IMG/VR virus record: IMGVR_UViG_3300024262_000019
Location: 46,163 to 110,162 of that record
Origin: a virus
Direction: 5' to 3' (one strand)
DNA: 64,000 nt
This document shows positions 38,745 through 48,681 of this stretch, in pieces (positions within the stretch are counted from its first letter, which is position 1; each line of letters starts with the position of its first letter). A program made the translations under genes and the position numbers. Under the pieces are notes generated by a model, which did not search any database, was not told where the DNA came from, and saw only the letters and a program-made list of their open reading frames with translations.

Positions 38745-39027
38745 TAGCGACAGCAGGTATTCGGTTATAGCTCACTGCCTCCATAGTTATCTTCTCAAGG
38801 TAAGCCAAGGTTATGGATATGCTTTTCTTATCAGTCCTCTTGCACTCTCCAAGGAGTTCAACGCCCTTGACGTCGCCACGGTTACCAGGCAACGCACCAG
38901 ACGCCTTCTGCCTATACCCACCAAGAGCATCGGCAACTCGATCCTCTTGACGCATAGACTTCCTACGCTTCTTCTTCTCGGTATTACCTCGGAAATATCC
39001 AGGTAGCGTGTCGTCGGACTCACTCAC
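38641..39027 (-). CDS. PD-(D/E)XK nuclease, Hjc-like resolvase
   Basis: QEDRVA..LGG.RQ.ASGA...GDVK...ECKRT. Confidence 0.75.
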   Translation of the reverse strand: MSESDDTLPGYFRGNTEKKKRRKSMRQEDRVADALGGYRQKASGALPGNRGDVKGVELLGECKRTDKKSISITLAYLEKITMEAVSYNRIPAVAIEFGDTPKLVSKDWVMVPAEFMQELLEAYRASGE

Positions 39028-40277
39028 AGTGCAGTGTCAACCTCAGCAACTGGCGTAGACATATGCAAAAGCACCCTATCCTTAAAATTCTCGTATTTGT
39101 CTGGATTCTCCATCCAGTACTTCTCAAGAAGCGAGATACCACCGAAGGTTTCACCGTCGCACTCAGTACCAGCATTTCCCTTATTGACAGTCACCAAGCC
39201 GAGTTGCCGACCAATCTTGACGCCATAGTTCTCATCGGCAACTTGACCAGCACGCTTGATCTCCATATCCCTGACGTACAGAAGGTACTCCGCCTCCATC
39301 TTAGCCGGAGCAGTCTTGTTCTTCTCGTTACGAAGCTTCATGAGAACGGCGTATGGCATTTTGTTCTCATCTTCTTTGTACTTACCAGGTGACATCCGGG
39401 TCTCGGTGGACGTCGCGAATCCCTGAGCAAATCCACCAGGAACAGTCTCAGGGTTGCCAAACATAACCCCAACCTTGTGCCTGATCTGATTGGTGAACCA
39501 AACGGTGGGACGACGACCATCGTTTTGCCCCATGGCATTGGTTGTAGCCACCATCTTCCTAAACATATTTCCAAGAAGCCTAGCCTGAGTAGCAACACTT
39601 GCTTCCGACGCTGATTTCTCAAGTTCGGAAGTGGAAATCATGAACGCAACAGAATCTATAACCGCAACATCCACCGCACCAGACGCAATGAGTGAGTGGG
39701 CTATATCGCATGTCTGCTCCCCGGTCTCAGGCTGAGCAAACACCAGCTTGTTTCGATCAAGGAACCTATCAGACCACTTATCATCCCAGACACCCTCTAC
39801 GTCGAGCCAGGCAACGTTGGTCTCCCTGTAGTCACCGCATAGGCACGCAGGCTTCCTGGCCGTAAAGTGTGGAGTCCAGATAGGAAACGCTGGCGTCCAG
39901 CAGTTTGAGCACATGCGCTGTGCGCGACCAGCTGCCCTGAGGAAGCTTGTCGTCTTCGATGAAGACTTCGGACCATAGAACATAGAAACTCGGCCAACGG
40001 GAAGCCCTCCGCCGAGAGATACATCCAGCGGAAGCACACCCGTGGTTATCCTCTTGATGTTTCCGTGACCATGATCTACCGCGAAGCCAACAGCCCCCTT
40101 ACCGTAGTTCTTGGATGCCTGCTTGAAAAACACGGCCAACTGGCTCGCCCTATCATCGATTACGGACACCTCCTCATCCTTCTTCTTTTTGGAAGTCTTC
40201 TTGCTAGATGTGGATTCTTCGACAACGCCTTCGGCTGCATCGTCGGTCTCGATAGCGTCTTCTTTTTTCTTGGCCAT
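39024..40277 (-). CDS. recA: RecA/UvsX-like recombinase with Cys-rich insert
   Basis: TTGVLPLDVSLGGGLPVGR, GPKSSSKTT, WLDVE, QPETGEQ, VIDSVA, NQIRHKVGVMFGNPETVPGG, KNKTAP. Confidence 0.93.
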   Translation of the reverse strand: MAKKKEDAIETDDAAEGVVEESTSSKKTSKKKKDEEVSVIDDRASQLAVFFKQASKNYGKGAVGFAVDHGHGNIKRITTGVLPLDVSLGGGLPVGRVSMFYGPKSSSKTTSFLRAAGRAQRMCSNCWTPAFPIWTPHFTARKPACLCGDYRETNVAWLDVEGVWDDKWSDRFLDRNKLVFAQPETGEQTCDIAHSLIASGAVDVAVIDSVAFMISTSELEKSASEASVATQARLLGNMFRKMVATTNAMGQNDGRRPTVWFTNQIRHKVGVMFGNPETVPGGFAQGFATSTETRMSPGKYKEDENKMPYAVLMKLRNEKNKTAPAKMEAEYLLYVRDMEIKRAGQVADENYGVKIGRQLGLVTVNKGNAGTECDGETFGGISLLEKYWMENPDKYENFKDRVLLHMSTPVAEVDTAL

Positions 40278-40283
40278 ATTTTC

Positions 40284-40607
40284 CTATAGCGGACTCTGGC
40301 CGCCGCCATTCCTGTTGGAATTGATCATATTTCGCTCTTTCTCAAGACGCTGCTCAGCCCACGCCTGCGCGAATTCATAGGCTTCATCAACCTCCTCCTT
40401 GTAGCAAGGAACGGTAACGGAAACGCTTATCCTTGCTGATTCATAGTTTCCAAGATTCATGGTTAAAGCGTAGTCAACGCTAACCATTGCCGTCTCGGTT
40501 TCGAATTTGTGTATGGCGATCACATCCTCATCGCCGGTCGTAGGCGGCGAATCCTTCGACTTGCCGACTGTCCTGCTAACATAAACAATAGAATTTTTTG
40601 CTTTCAT
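40284..40607 (-). CDS. Conserved-type phage protein (T.NLGNYES motif)
   Basis: LTMNLGNYESARISV motif. Confidence 0.6.
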   Translation of the reverse strand: MKAKNSIVYVSRTVGKSKDSPPTTGDEDVIAIHKFETETAMVSVDYALTMNLGNYESARISVSVTVPCYKEEVDEAYEFAQAWAEQRLEKERNMINSNRNGGGQSPL

Positions 40608-41167
40608 TCTTCATCCACAACGACAATCCCTGCCGCTTCCCATCCGTCTAAAATTTCCTGTCTAAACGCCCTGTCGGCAGACGATATCGTCGGCCCACGA
40701 GTACTCAGAGCCACCTTAACAACCTCTATCATCGACTCAGTGTAAAGCCGCTCCTGTTTATTCTCACCGCCGAGGAGAAATGGAGTTCTTGGCAATAACC
40801 GAACACGCTCCCATTGATGAATCGTAGGTACACTCCTGCCAACGATACGAGCAAATGTGCCTATATGGACCAAGTGGACCGTCTCGGAGACACCATCGAT
40901 CTCAACAACCATCTCCACCGGCTTACGCTTCTTGGGGATCCTAACCTTAGGCTTCGGCTTACTTACTCGTTCCTTCGCCTTGCCAGCCCTGTACTCACGA
41001 TTTTGCCTAAGAACCTTTGCCCGATACTTTTTATCGGAATGGTATTTCTCCTTCCGACGCTCGGCTATCCTAGCCCTGTTTCGGTCGTACCACTCCTTGT
41101 AGGTCCACTTGGTACCATCCTCGTCGATGATATGAACCTCCTTTTCATCTGTCATAGATCTCCCCAC
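40604..41167 (-). CDS. MerR-type HTH DNA-binding protein
   Basis: IGTFARIVGRSVPTIHQWERVRLLP...RLYTE. Confidence 0.75.
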   Translation of the reverse strand: MGRSMTDEKEVHIIDEDGTKWTYKEWYDRNRARIAERRKEKYHSDKKYRAKVLRQNREYRAGKAKERVSKPKPKVRIPKKRKPVEMVVEIDGVSETVHLVHIGTFARIVGRSVPTIHQWERVRLLPRTPFLLGGENKQERLYTESMIEVVKVALSTRGPTISSADRAFRQEILDGWEAAGIVVVDEE

Positions 41168-41221
41168 AGCAGCAGATCTTTATATAATAAAGTTTGCACT
41201 GTCAATCTATCGAGACGCCGC

Positions 41222-42625
41222 TTATCCCCCATAAGATCTCGCATAAGCAGCGTCTCTGGATTTTCCATAATCCCTGCAAACGGGAACATTGTCGCACCGC
41301 ATGTCCACGATAACAGGGTCCTTTTTGTCTGGGTCTAACAATCTACATGTCTGCGCAGCTAGCAGCGGATCCCTTACTGGGGTAGCTAAAACAACGGTAT
41401 CTAGACCTGGTATTTCGGGGAATGACTTAGCGAAAGAAAAAGTTGTCAAGATGACGTCGGCGGCGGAAGATCTATCGATCTCATCTGGAGCCATACCGTC
41501 CAGCATGAAGTCAATATCCTTAGTGGCTCCCGACCAGGCAGAGTCTATCGACAGGCCAAGCGTCTTCAGGTGCGTAACCTTATCGCTGAATATCGCGATC
41601 TTTCTCCCGGCCTTCATAGCCAATATCACCTGATCGACAACACTCTTGTTGTACCTCGTGTTCACGCATATGTGATTGAGTATGGATGCCTTAGATATGA
41701 ACTGCGGATTTGCCCTGTCCCATGAGCTGACCTTCCATCCAGACTCAACCCTCCTGATACCAGGGACAGTAGAGTCGCTCTTGGCCGCGAAGACTGGACT
41801 ACCAAGGTGGTATGAGTAGATCCTTGATAAACCTTCCGAGAAAGAGGACTTTGGATCTGCTATTCCTAGCCTTCTTCCAGCATCAAAAAATCCCACCGCA
41901 TGTGCCCACTTGGCTGGATCCATACGGTGAATGTGATGAGATATCACGAAGCCGAACTCCTTCGAGAACACCCCATCCCTGTCGATCGCATGCGTCAAGT
42001 GATCGACAGTAGTTAGAACTATATGGTCCTCCAAGGCCCCACGCTCATCACGCCTGATATACCCAACGCTTGCGTCTGGAAGAAACCTTCCTATGACCGT
42101 CTCCCACATGGAAAACGAGCTTCCGGGCGGACATATTACAAGCGTCCTCCTCTTCATAGACCTAATAAGAGAGAGACACACCTTGGCCGCTGCCTGCTCT
42201 GAATGAAACAGTGCAAGCGCATCCATGGATGTCGCTAAAGCCTTGAGAGTCGCGGCGATCCCTCGCTTCTGATCGGACGAAAAGAAGTCCTCAGACTTCT
42301 CGCCAGACACTGAGTCAATGAGGGTTAGGGACTCATAATCATCGTCCTGATCCTTGGCCCATAGAGCACTATCTGGAGCCATCAACTTAAGTGGCCACTC
42401 GGCCTCAGTCGTAAAGTCCTCCATGGAGTGACTCTTAGTAGATGACTCCCTTAAAAATGATCTTGGGATACCGAGATACTCACCATCCTCCACATACGCA
42501 CGATACAGAACCGGCTTCCTCTTACTAACGTCAGCCAGCGTCAAGCTCTTGCGCAGCCAGTCCGCCTGGCTGTCGGTCATTTCATTGAAAGGCAACCACG
42601 CCCATCCGCCTATGCGTATATCCAT
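41222..42625 (-). CDS. SF2 (UvsW/Rad25-like) helicase homolog with degenerate ATPase motifs
   Basis: Fold landmarks retained (DQK, RRTLVICP, IVLTT, VILTT...EIPGLDTVVLATP, PVIVD), but Walker A reads HSEQAAAK and DExH reads HHIH. Confidence 0.7.
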   Translation of the reverse strand: MDIRIGGWAWLPFNEMTDSQADWLRKSLTLADVSKRKPVLYRAYVEDGEYLGIPRSFLRESSTKSHSMEDFTTEAEWPLKLMAPDSALWAKDQDDDYESLTLIDSVSGEKSEDFFSSDQKRGIAATLKALATSMDALALFHSEQAAAKVCLSLIRSMKRRTLVICPPGSSFSMWETVIGRFLPDASVGYIRRDERGALEDHIVLTTVDHLTHAIDRDGVFSKEFGFVISHHIHRMDPAKWAHAVGFFDAGRRLGIADPKSSFSEGLSRIYSYHLGSPVFAAKSDSTVPGIRRVESGWKVSSWDRANPQFISKASILNHICVNTRYNKSVVDQVILAMKAGRKIAIFSDKVTHLKTLGLSIDSAWSGATKDIDFMLDGMAPDEIDRSSAADVILTTFSFAKSFPEIPGLDTVVLATPVRDPLLAAQTCRLLDPDKKDPVIVDMRCDNVPVCRDYGKSRDAAYARSYGG

Positions 42626-42641
42626 CGATGCCCCTCCATTG

Positions 42642-42673
42642 AAAATGCGAGGACAGGTTCACCTGCCCTCGCA
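42642..42673 (-). terminator. Intrinsic terminator after the SSB-like gene
   Basis: TGCGAGGGCAGG-TGAA-CCTGTCCTCGCA followed by TTTT. Confidence 0.65.
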
Positions 42674-42695
42674 ACTGTTCGAGTAGAGAGTGTTT

Positions 42696-43484
42696 CTAGA
42701 ACGGAACTTCGTCAGGATTGCTAGCTGAAGACGAAGATGTTCCAGATTTAGTGCTGTTAAACGGCACAGCATCGGCAGTTCGCGTCTTCATGTCGGCAAT
42801 AGAGATCGGAGCCATGAGTACGGGGAAGTTAAACTGCGGAATCTTCGCAGGAATCTCTCCCTCGGCTGGGATCTGAAAGTGATGAGCAAGGAACTTGCGC
42901 GTCCTGTCAGCCTCTTGCCCGTTGCCATTTGCCTTGTCGATGATGTCCTTCAAGAGCTTACCCTTGTAGGTCACAACCGTGTAGAGGCCATCCATCTTGA
43001 TCTCACGAATATGATCAAGATCATCTCCTGTATTGGGAGAGTTCGAATCCGATCGAGTGAGGGTCCAAAGCTGGCCAAGCAGGCTACCCTTGTTCTCCTT
43101 TTTCATCTTGAACTTATTCAAGACTTTCGTCTTCGCAGGGAGAAGGATAAGACGATTCTTATTCTCAACACCCTCCTTGGTCGTGTACCCAGTGATGTCA
43201 ACAATTGTGTAATGACCAACATAGTCGGCTCGACTTACACCCTTCTGCGAACAGCCAGGGCAGTGATCCTCAATCTTAGCCAGGCATGTCGCATGGTGCC
43301 ACTGCTTGTTACTGTCACACCACTGATGCTCCTTAATACAGAAAGGATCATCGCCGATGAAAGCTAACTCCTTAGAAGATCCTGCGGCTTGCCAGAGGCG
43401 ATCTGGCGGGTAGCCCATCGCCCGCTTCTCTGCCTCTTCCTCTGCGCCCTCGTAACCCGTCTCATACCAAGATGCTGTCGCCAT
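42696..43484 (-). CDS. Phage ssDNA-binding protein (gp32-like, Zn-binding)
   Basis: EH...C-x6-CPGC metal site, TLTRSD, acidic C-terminus DEVPF; sits next to primase. Confidence 0.6.
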   Translation of the reverse strand: MATASWYETGYEGAEEEAEKRAMGYPPDRLWQAAGSSKELAFIGDDPFCIKEHQWCDSNKQWHHATCLAKIEDHCPGCSQKGVSRADYVGHYTIVDITGYTTKEGVENKNRLILLPAKTKVLNKFKMKKENKGSLLGQLWTLTRSDSNSPNTGDDLDHIREIKMDGLYTVVTYKGKLLKDIIDKANGNGQEADRTRKFLAHHFQIPAEGEIPAKIPQFNFPVLMAPISIADMKTRTADAVPFNSTKSGTSSSSASNPDEVPF

Positions 43485-43568
43485 AGTCTTTTATCTTTCT
43501 GGCCCTTTTTCGGTGCCCGTTACCCTATATGGGTGAAGAACATCAGTACCAGCAAGGTATGACAACAG

Positions 43569-44672
43569 TCAACGAGCGAAGCGCGTCTTTAGATCCTCGA
43601 TCTCCTCATCGGTCATCTGATTTGGATCTCTTCTGTTTTTTATCAGATAGGTAGCGACATGGATCTGCTGAGAAAAAGTTTTTAACAATCTGTCGGCAGC
43701 ATCGCGACCAGCGTCATCTCCGTCCATGACAATGATGACCGAATCAAACCACTTTAAGATCTTGGCAACCTGAGGCTTATTGACGTGCGACCCGTTGATC
43801 GCAGCTACGTTTTTAACCCCACACTGGTCCAGGTAGATGACATCAAAAGCGCCCTCAACGATAAATACAGTACCGGTGCCATCATTGGACGTTTCAAACC
43901 AGTCCTCCCCAAATAGATACTGATCCCTCTCGAATCCAAGCGAGTGCATCCACTTGGGAACCCTATCCTCATTATCCGCAGCAGGAACGATGTGCGGATA
44001 CGGCTCCGGCCAGTACCCCAGGAATCGACCACCAATATTTACTAGCCTACCGATATTATCGTACTGAGGGACCGACACTCTTCGCGGTCCTGGGTGCCAG
44101 CCAAGCTTCCACTTGGCGATCGACTCCATCGTAAATCGACGCTTTGGTCCTGTGAGATAATCGATCACTTCATCGTTGAGAAGACTGATCATCTTTTCAA
44201 CATGTTCATTGGCTGAGCTTGGTAGTGGTGGGTGCAGTTCGGCGAGAACCGCAGGATCACTGTAGTCCTTTCCGCCGGTCCACGATGCCATCGGCTTGGA
44301 CGAATCCGACGAGTCCGAATACCATCCGGAGGTGAACTCTATCCGTTCTAGGCGCTTCTCTGTGGAGATGTTGTTGTGCTGGGACACATACAGCAGTTGA
44401 GCCGACAGGTCCCTCCCCGAGAGCTTCTGAAGCTTGTAAACAAGATCAGTTAAGTCTCCACGCGAATCGCAGCTCGACGACAAGCATCCATATCTGGATA
44501 TGTCATCAGCCTTATCAAAGACAAGGAATGACGGATGCTTATCCTCACCTTTCGAATGCTTATACGGAGCAAACGGACACGACGAGCGTACACCCCTGCT
44601 TGTGTGTTTTATTTTAACACAACCAAGCGAATCTAATAGTTTTTCTATTGCTTCAGCTCTCATCCAAGGCAC
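43569..44672 (-). CDS. DNA primase (Zn finger + TOPRIM)
   Basis: CPF...H..G.DKHPSF...C....C; FIVEGAFDV, INGS, MDGDDAG, DPN. Confidence 0.9.
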   Translation of the reverse strand: MPWMRAEAIEKLLDSLGCVKIKHTSRGVRSSCPFAPYKHSKGEDKHPSFLVFDKADDISRYGCLSSSCDSRGDLTDLVYKLQKLSGRDLSAQLLYVSQHNNISTEKRLERIEFTSGWYSDSSDSSKPMASWTGGKDYSDPAVLAELHPPLPSSANEHVEKMISLLNDEVIDYLTGPKRRFTMESIAKWKLGWHPGPRRVSVPQYDNIGRLVNIGGRFLGYWPEPYPHIVPAADNEDRVPKWMHSLGFERDQYLFGEDWFETSNDGTGTVFIVEGAFDVIYLDQCGVKNVAAINGSHVNKPQVAKILKWFDSVIIVMDGDDAGRDAADRLLKTFSQQIHVATYLIKNRRDPNQMTDEEIEDLKTRFAR

Positions 44673-44680
44673 GCACGGCG

Positions 44681-45112
44681 TTACTTGGGAGGAGGGTAGA
44701 CAGCCTTGGGCCTATCGTCAAATCCAACGTCGTCACCGGGGACCTTAGCCTCGGCCTCTTTGCCATCATTATCGAGCATGGCGCGAGGCGGCTGCTTGCC
44801 TCCGGGACCATCTAGCTCCCAGAGCTTTGGCTCGATCATCTTCCACAGCTCAGCGAACTGCAGATCTTTCGCTTCGCCCGCCTTCCCCTCGGCTGCATGG
44901 TGCAGGTTACGAACCCAGCCCTTACCAGTTAGCTGAATATCCTGAAGAACGGCAAGCTTGGCACCATGGTACACATAGCCGCTTTTTGCCAGAGTATCTC
45001 TAGCAATGCGCATGGCCTTAATAAAGCCATCTGGACCCCCTCCGGTTGACTTGTTGTATATCGCAACTACCGAATGTCTAACCAAGGGAGGGACATCTCT
45101 CCAACCTGCCAT
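44681..45112 (-). CDS. Hypothetical protein
   Basis: 143-aa ORF with AGGGG RBS. Confidence 0.55.
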   Translation of the reverse strand: MAGWRDVPPLVRHSVVAIYNKSTGGGPDGFIKAMRIARDTLAKSGYVYHGAKLAVLQDIQLTGKGWVRNLHHAAEGKAGEAKDLQFAELWKMIEPKLWELDGPGGKQPPRAMLDNDGKEAEAKVPGDDVGFDDRPKAVYPPPK

Positions 45113-45146
45113 ACCCCTAGTCTACCACGGGCACAGCCTGCGACGA

Positions 45147-45491
45147 TCAGGCGCTTTTCTTCAAATTTGCCCAAACACCACCTGGCATCTTGGCCGCATC
45201 GCGAGCGACAACAATCTCCTCCCTAGTAAGCTTCTCCTTGTGCGCCTTGCACACCATTCCGAACCTGGGAGCGGCAGTCTCCTTGCAACCCTTAATCGGA
45301 CAAGGGCGCAGAGTGCTCTGCCCTTTAGTGGACTTCCTGCGCTTGACGGGAGCTGCGACTGCAATAGGGGAGAGGGCCTCGCCAAGTCTTTCGCGAATCT
45401 TGTCCATTGCCTCAATTTCGGCAATTTCGACCACCTCGGCGACAAACCTATCGATAATCTTCTGTAATTTTTTTGAGTTCATACTTACCAA
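45147..45491 (-). CDS. Small basic protein with C-x4-C...C-x2-H Zn finger (possible nucleoid-associated protein)
   Basis: N-terminal helix, AP/K linker, RPCPIKGC...PRFGMVCKAH; own promoter. Confidence 0.55.
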   Translation of the reverse strand: MVSMNSKKLQKIIDRFVAEVVEIAEIEAMDKIRERLGEALSPIAVAAPVKRRKSTKGQSTLRPCPIKGCKETAAPRFGMVCKAHKEKLTREEIVVARDAAKMPGGVWANLKKSA

Positions 45492-45520
45492 AGATTAATA
45501 GGTAATGTACGCATTGTCAA
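45492..45520 (-). promoter_or_regulatory. Sigma70-type promoter
   Basis: TTGACA-N17-TAATCT; shares ACCTATTAATCT with the 56864-56892 promoter. Confidence 0.7.
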
Positions 45521-45792
45521 GGTATCACAAATCGTCTAAAAAAGACGTATCGCAGCTCATGGGTAAGTCTAACTTTTTGAGTATTTTACCATGAAAACCA
45601 GACACTTCCCTGGTGCACTCTCTATCTCCTAGCATATGCAAAGCTATCGAGTCACGGTGCAGGGCGCTAGCCTTGACAATGTCATAGCCTAAGCGCTCAA
45701 TGTTGAGTCGAAGGTCAACCGCAAAGAAAGAGTTACTGCTGATACCCTGGTCACAGCGCCAGCACTTTGCGTAGAAATCCAATGGGGGCAAA

Positions 45793-48378
45793 TCAGAATG
45801 GTACATCGCCATAATCCCCACTGTCATCTACCTCATCGCTCACGCCATACATGGCATCTCCGCCACCAGTATCAGGACCAACCGGAGGCGGAAGACCTGG
45901 ACCACCATCACCGCCAACCTCGGTGAAATCCATCGTGGAGTGGTTCCAGTTGATCTCAAAGGTCCCAGGCACACCCTCACGAATCTTCAAAGCCTTGAGA
46001 TTTAGCTTAGCGTTAGATCTCATATCTTCATCCTGCATCATTCCGTAGGCGCTATCAGCATTCCAGCCAGCAACGTCGGTGATGCCGATATTGTCAGCCG
46101 AGATCGTCTGATCTTGCCCAGTCTTAGCCGACCGGTTGAACTGCAAGTTGGTAATCGTCGCAACGCCAGTGCGCTTACCAATCTTCTTGAAGTCATCGAA
46201 GTTATTCGACACACGCTCATGTCGATCTTTACCGCTGTTCTTAATCAGGTACGGACCATCAACGCAGAGCAGGTGTGGTTTCTCATCCTCAACGACCGCA
46301 GCAATGTTGTCGATGGAATAATCAAAGTCACCGGCGATGATGTTCATCCCCTTCTCCTTGAGAAGCTCATCCACACCGGCGTACAGTTTGCTTTCTACAA
46401 ATTCTCCGAGCTTACCCCTTCTCACTTCGTTGTAGGGAAGGTTGAGGTGTAACGAGAAGAATCGCCTCGCCATCTGCCTCTTGTTCATCTCTGTGGAAAC
46501 GATAAGAACGTTGTGTTGCCTAGACCTCCACGCAGCATGTGCGCAGATAACTAGAGCCCATGTATTATGGAGAATGATGTCGTTTCCTATGAAGCAGCTC
46601 GTCGGCTCCACGGTGAGGTCATATATCTTCTGCTCGCCAACCGATTTCACCGATAACACTGAATCCCAAAATATATCCGCCCCCCATAACCACTTAAATT
46701 CATCACAACAATCAAAGATCTCGCAGAATACTTTAAATCTACGAATCAGAAGTGAATCGCCTTTTCCAAAAAGGCTTCGGAACATGAACTTGCTATTCCA
46801 TCCGAGGGCCTGTCCAACTTTAACAAGCTTCCCGCCATTCCATCTTCCGGATCCAGGGTCAGCAATCTCACGAATGCGTGCCTTCAGCTTTTCTGAAATC
46901 TTAGGAAATCCAACATTTGAATTCCTGTCCCTACCGAGCAGTTCAGTAAACGACTCTAACTTCTCACCCCATAGCGAAATAGCTACAGAAAAGGACTCCC
47001 ACGAAGAGGCGTAGACTCTGAGTCTCCATGAGTCGAAATCCTTGCCATTGCAGGATGATTTTTTATAAGAGACACTGCTCTGAATTCCAAAGCGAAGAAG
47101 CAGGCTTTGAATCTGCCTAACCATTCTTTCGGAGGCGAGTACGATCGTTGGGCCTGTGTCATCGACATACCCATCACACATCCAAAATATCGACAGGAAC
47201 CTCGAAAGTTGAATTGGCGGAAGCTGATACACTTCGTCTGGTATTGTCTTACTTACTGCTTTTTTCTTATCAATTCCAAGATCTCTTAGTATTTTGCCGA
47301 CAATACTAACCCGATCAACTACGCCGGTGAAGTCATAATCACATCCGGATCGATAGACAACCTCTGCCCCGATAGCATGAGCGGCATCCCTGGCAATCGA
47401 TAAAATATCCTCGTCTATATTACTGAACCCAACATGGTTTCCCGTGTAGCTACCCTCGGCCAACAGGATGGCTAGTATATCGACGACAGGATCATCCATG
47501 GCGACAGGTGACTCCGGGAATGGCATCTTCGCTGGCAAGGCCAGAGAATCATTTACTGATATATTTTCAGCATTAACCCATCCATCCGGAGTCAGAACAG
47601 GATGTTCTGGAGTCACAATCACGGATCTGCCGGATGACATCGTAATCTCAATACACTCCTTGCGGCCAGTATCCACTTTAGCTGTTATGGGAGTGGCAAA
47701 AACCCCGCCATCCTTGGACCAGGTAGTTACGGAGTGATGTGATTCATCACTGTAAACGTCCCTGATTGCCTTCGGTATCCCAGTCGTAGGATCAACTATC
47801 TCAGTATCCTCGTGTACGCATTTTCCTACGCCAAGTCGGCCAACGAATAAGATCAAATCCTCCGGCCACCAGCCCAACGTCTGATCGTCCATGGATGGCC
47901 ATGGAGTAGCAATGCCACGCTTACCAGCCTTGGCATCTTCGTAATCCTCGATCACCAGGCTACCTAGAGCCAAGAGACTCTCAACCTTGCGCACGGTGAG
48001 TGACTCAGTCTGAATCTTTCTATGGATTTCTGCCCATATCTCGGCAGCACCATCTGGATCTCTGGCGGCCAGGCTGTTGGAAACCTGCTCTATGCCATCT
48101 CGCTGAACTAGGAAGAGTCTACGTTTAAAGATCTCTCCGAGATAAAACCCGGAGATACCCTCATTGCTTCCAGATAAGTCAAATCCAGTAGCACCCTCTA
48201 CGGCCCCCAGAGGGGGAAGCTCGCCGTGAGTTCGATAGCTATCAGCTATGAACTGCCAGGCTGCTTTGCCCTCGCCAAATAAATGATCTTCTGCGTTTAG
48301 ATCTCTACCGATACAATCAAGGTAGGCATCCTTGCCCTCGCGAAGTACGGAGCGAACAAGCTCCTTATCCATATCCAT
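45793..48378 (-). CDS. dnaB: Replicative DnaB-like helicase containing an intein
   Basis: GIATPW..MD..T.G, VGRLGVGK/T, STEM, VDGPYL, QFNR, KIREG. Confidence 0.93.
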   Translation of the reverse strand: MDMDKELVRSVLREGKDAYLDCIGRDLNAEDHLFGEGKAAWQFIADSYRTHGELPPLGAVEGATGFDLSGSNEGISGFYLGEIFKRRLFLVQRDGIEQVSNSLAARDPDGAAEIWAEIHRKIQTESLTVRKVESLLALGSLVIEDYEDAKAGKRGIATPWPSMDDQTLGWWPEDLILFVGRLGVGKCVHEDTEIVDPTTGIPKAIRDVYSDESHHSVTTWSKDGGVFATPITAKVDTGRKECIEITMSSGRSVIVTPEHPVLTPDGWVNAENISVNDSLALPAKMPFPESPVAMDDPVVDILAILLAEGSYTGNHVGFSNIDEDILSIARDAAHAIGAEVVYRSGCDYDFTGVVDRVSIVGKILRDLGIDKKKAVSKTIPDEVYQLPPIQLSRFLSIFWMCDGYVDDTGPTIVLASERMVRQIQSLLLRFGIQSSVSYKKSSCNGKDFDSWRLRVYASSWESFSVAISLWGEKLESFTELLGRDRNSNVGFPKISEKLKARIREIADPGSGRWNGGKLVKVGQALGWNSKFMFRSLFGKGDSLLIRRFKVFCEIFDCCDEFKWLWGADIFWDSVLSVKSVGEQKIYDLTVEPTSCFIGNDIILHNTWALVICAHAAWRSRQHNVLIVSTEMNKRQMARRFFSLHLNLPYNEVRRGKLGEFVESKLYAGVDELLKEKGMNIIAGDFDYSIDNIAAVVEDEKPHLLCVDGPYLIKNSGKDRHERVSNNFDDFKKIGKRTGVATITNLQFNRSAKTGQDQTISADNIGITDVAGWNADSAYGMMQDEDMRSNAKLNLKALKIREGVPGTFEINWNHSTMDFTEVGGDGGPGLPPPVGPDTGGGDAMYGVSDEVDDSGDYGDVPF
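46564..47820 (-). mobile_element. Intein in DnaB (419 aa, LAGLIDADG) at Walker A GK/T
   Basis: CVHEDT...TPEHPVLT...LAILLAEGS...FWMCDG...IYDLTVEPTSCFIGNDIILHN/T. Confidence 0.93.
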
Positions 48379-48681
48379 CTAGCTTAGCCCGCCCCTTAGC
48401 AAAGTGAGCCCCAGGCTTCTCTCCTCTGGGCTCACCTTTTCACTGCAGCACTCGCATAGGTCTGCGGTGAGAATGGCCTCTCTAGCCTCATCTACATATT
48501 GGACGTGATCGCATTCCTGATCACGATACGTCTCGACAACGCACTCCGCGTGAAAGACACCAAGGATCAGAGACTCCGAGGCAGTGACATCCCTGGACTC
48601 ACACGTATCAGCCGAGATACGAACAATCCTGTCACTCTCCGAGATTTCATCTCCGCAGATTTCACAGATCGAATCACTCAT
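48379..48681 (-). CDS. Cys-rich hypothetical protein
   Basis: CEICG...FHAEC...CECC. Confidence 0.55.
   Translation of the reverse strand: MSDSICEICGDEISESDRIVRISADTCESRDVTASESLILGVFHAECVVETYRDQECDHVQYVDEAREAILTADLCECCSEKVSPEERSLGLTLLRGGLS

Noticed and set aside
45525-45827. 100-aa ORF overlapping the dnaB 3' end
   Set aside because: Could be real (it fills the gap), but the start is uncertain and there is no recognisable motif, so it is not listed as a feature.
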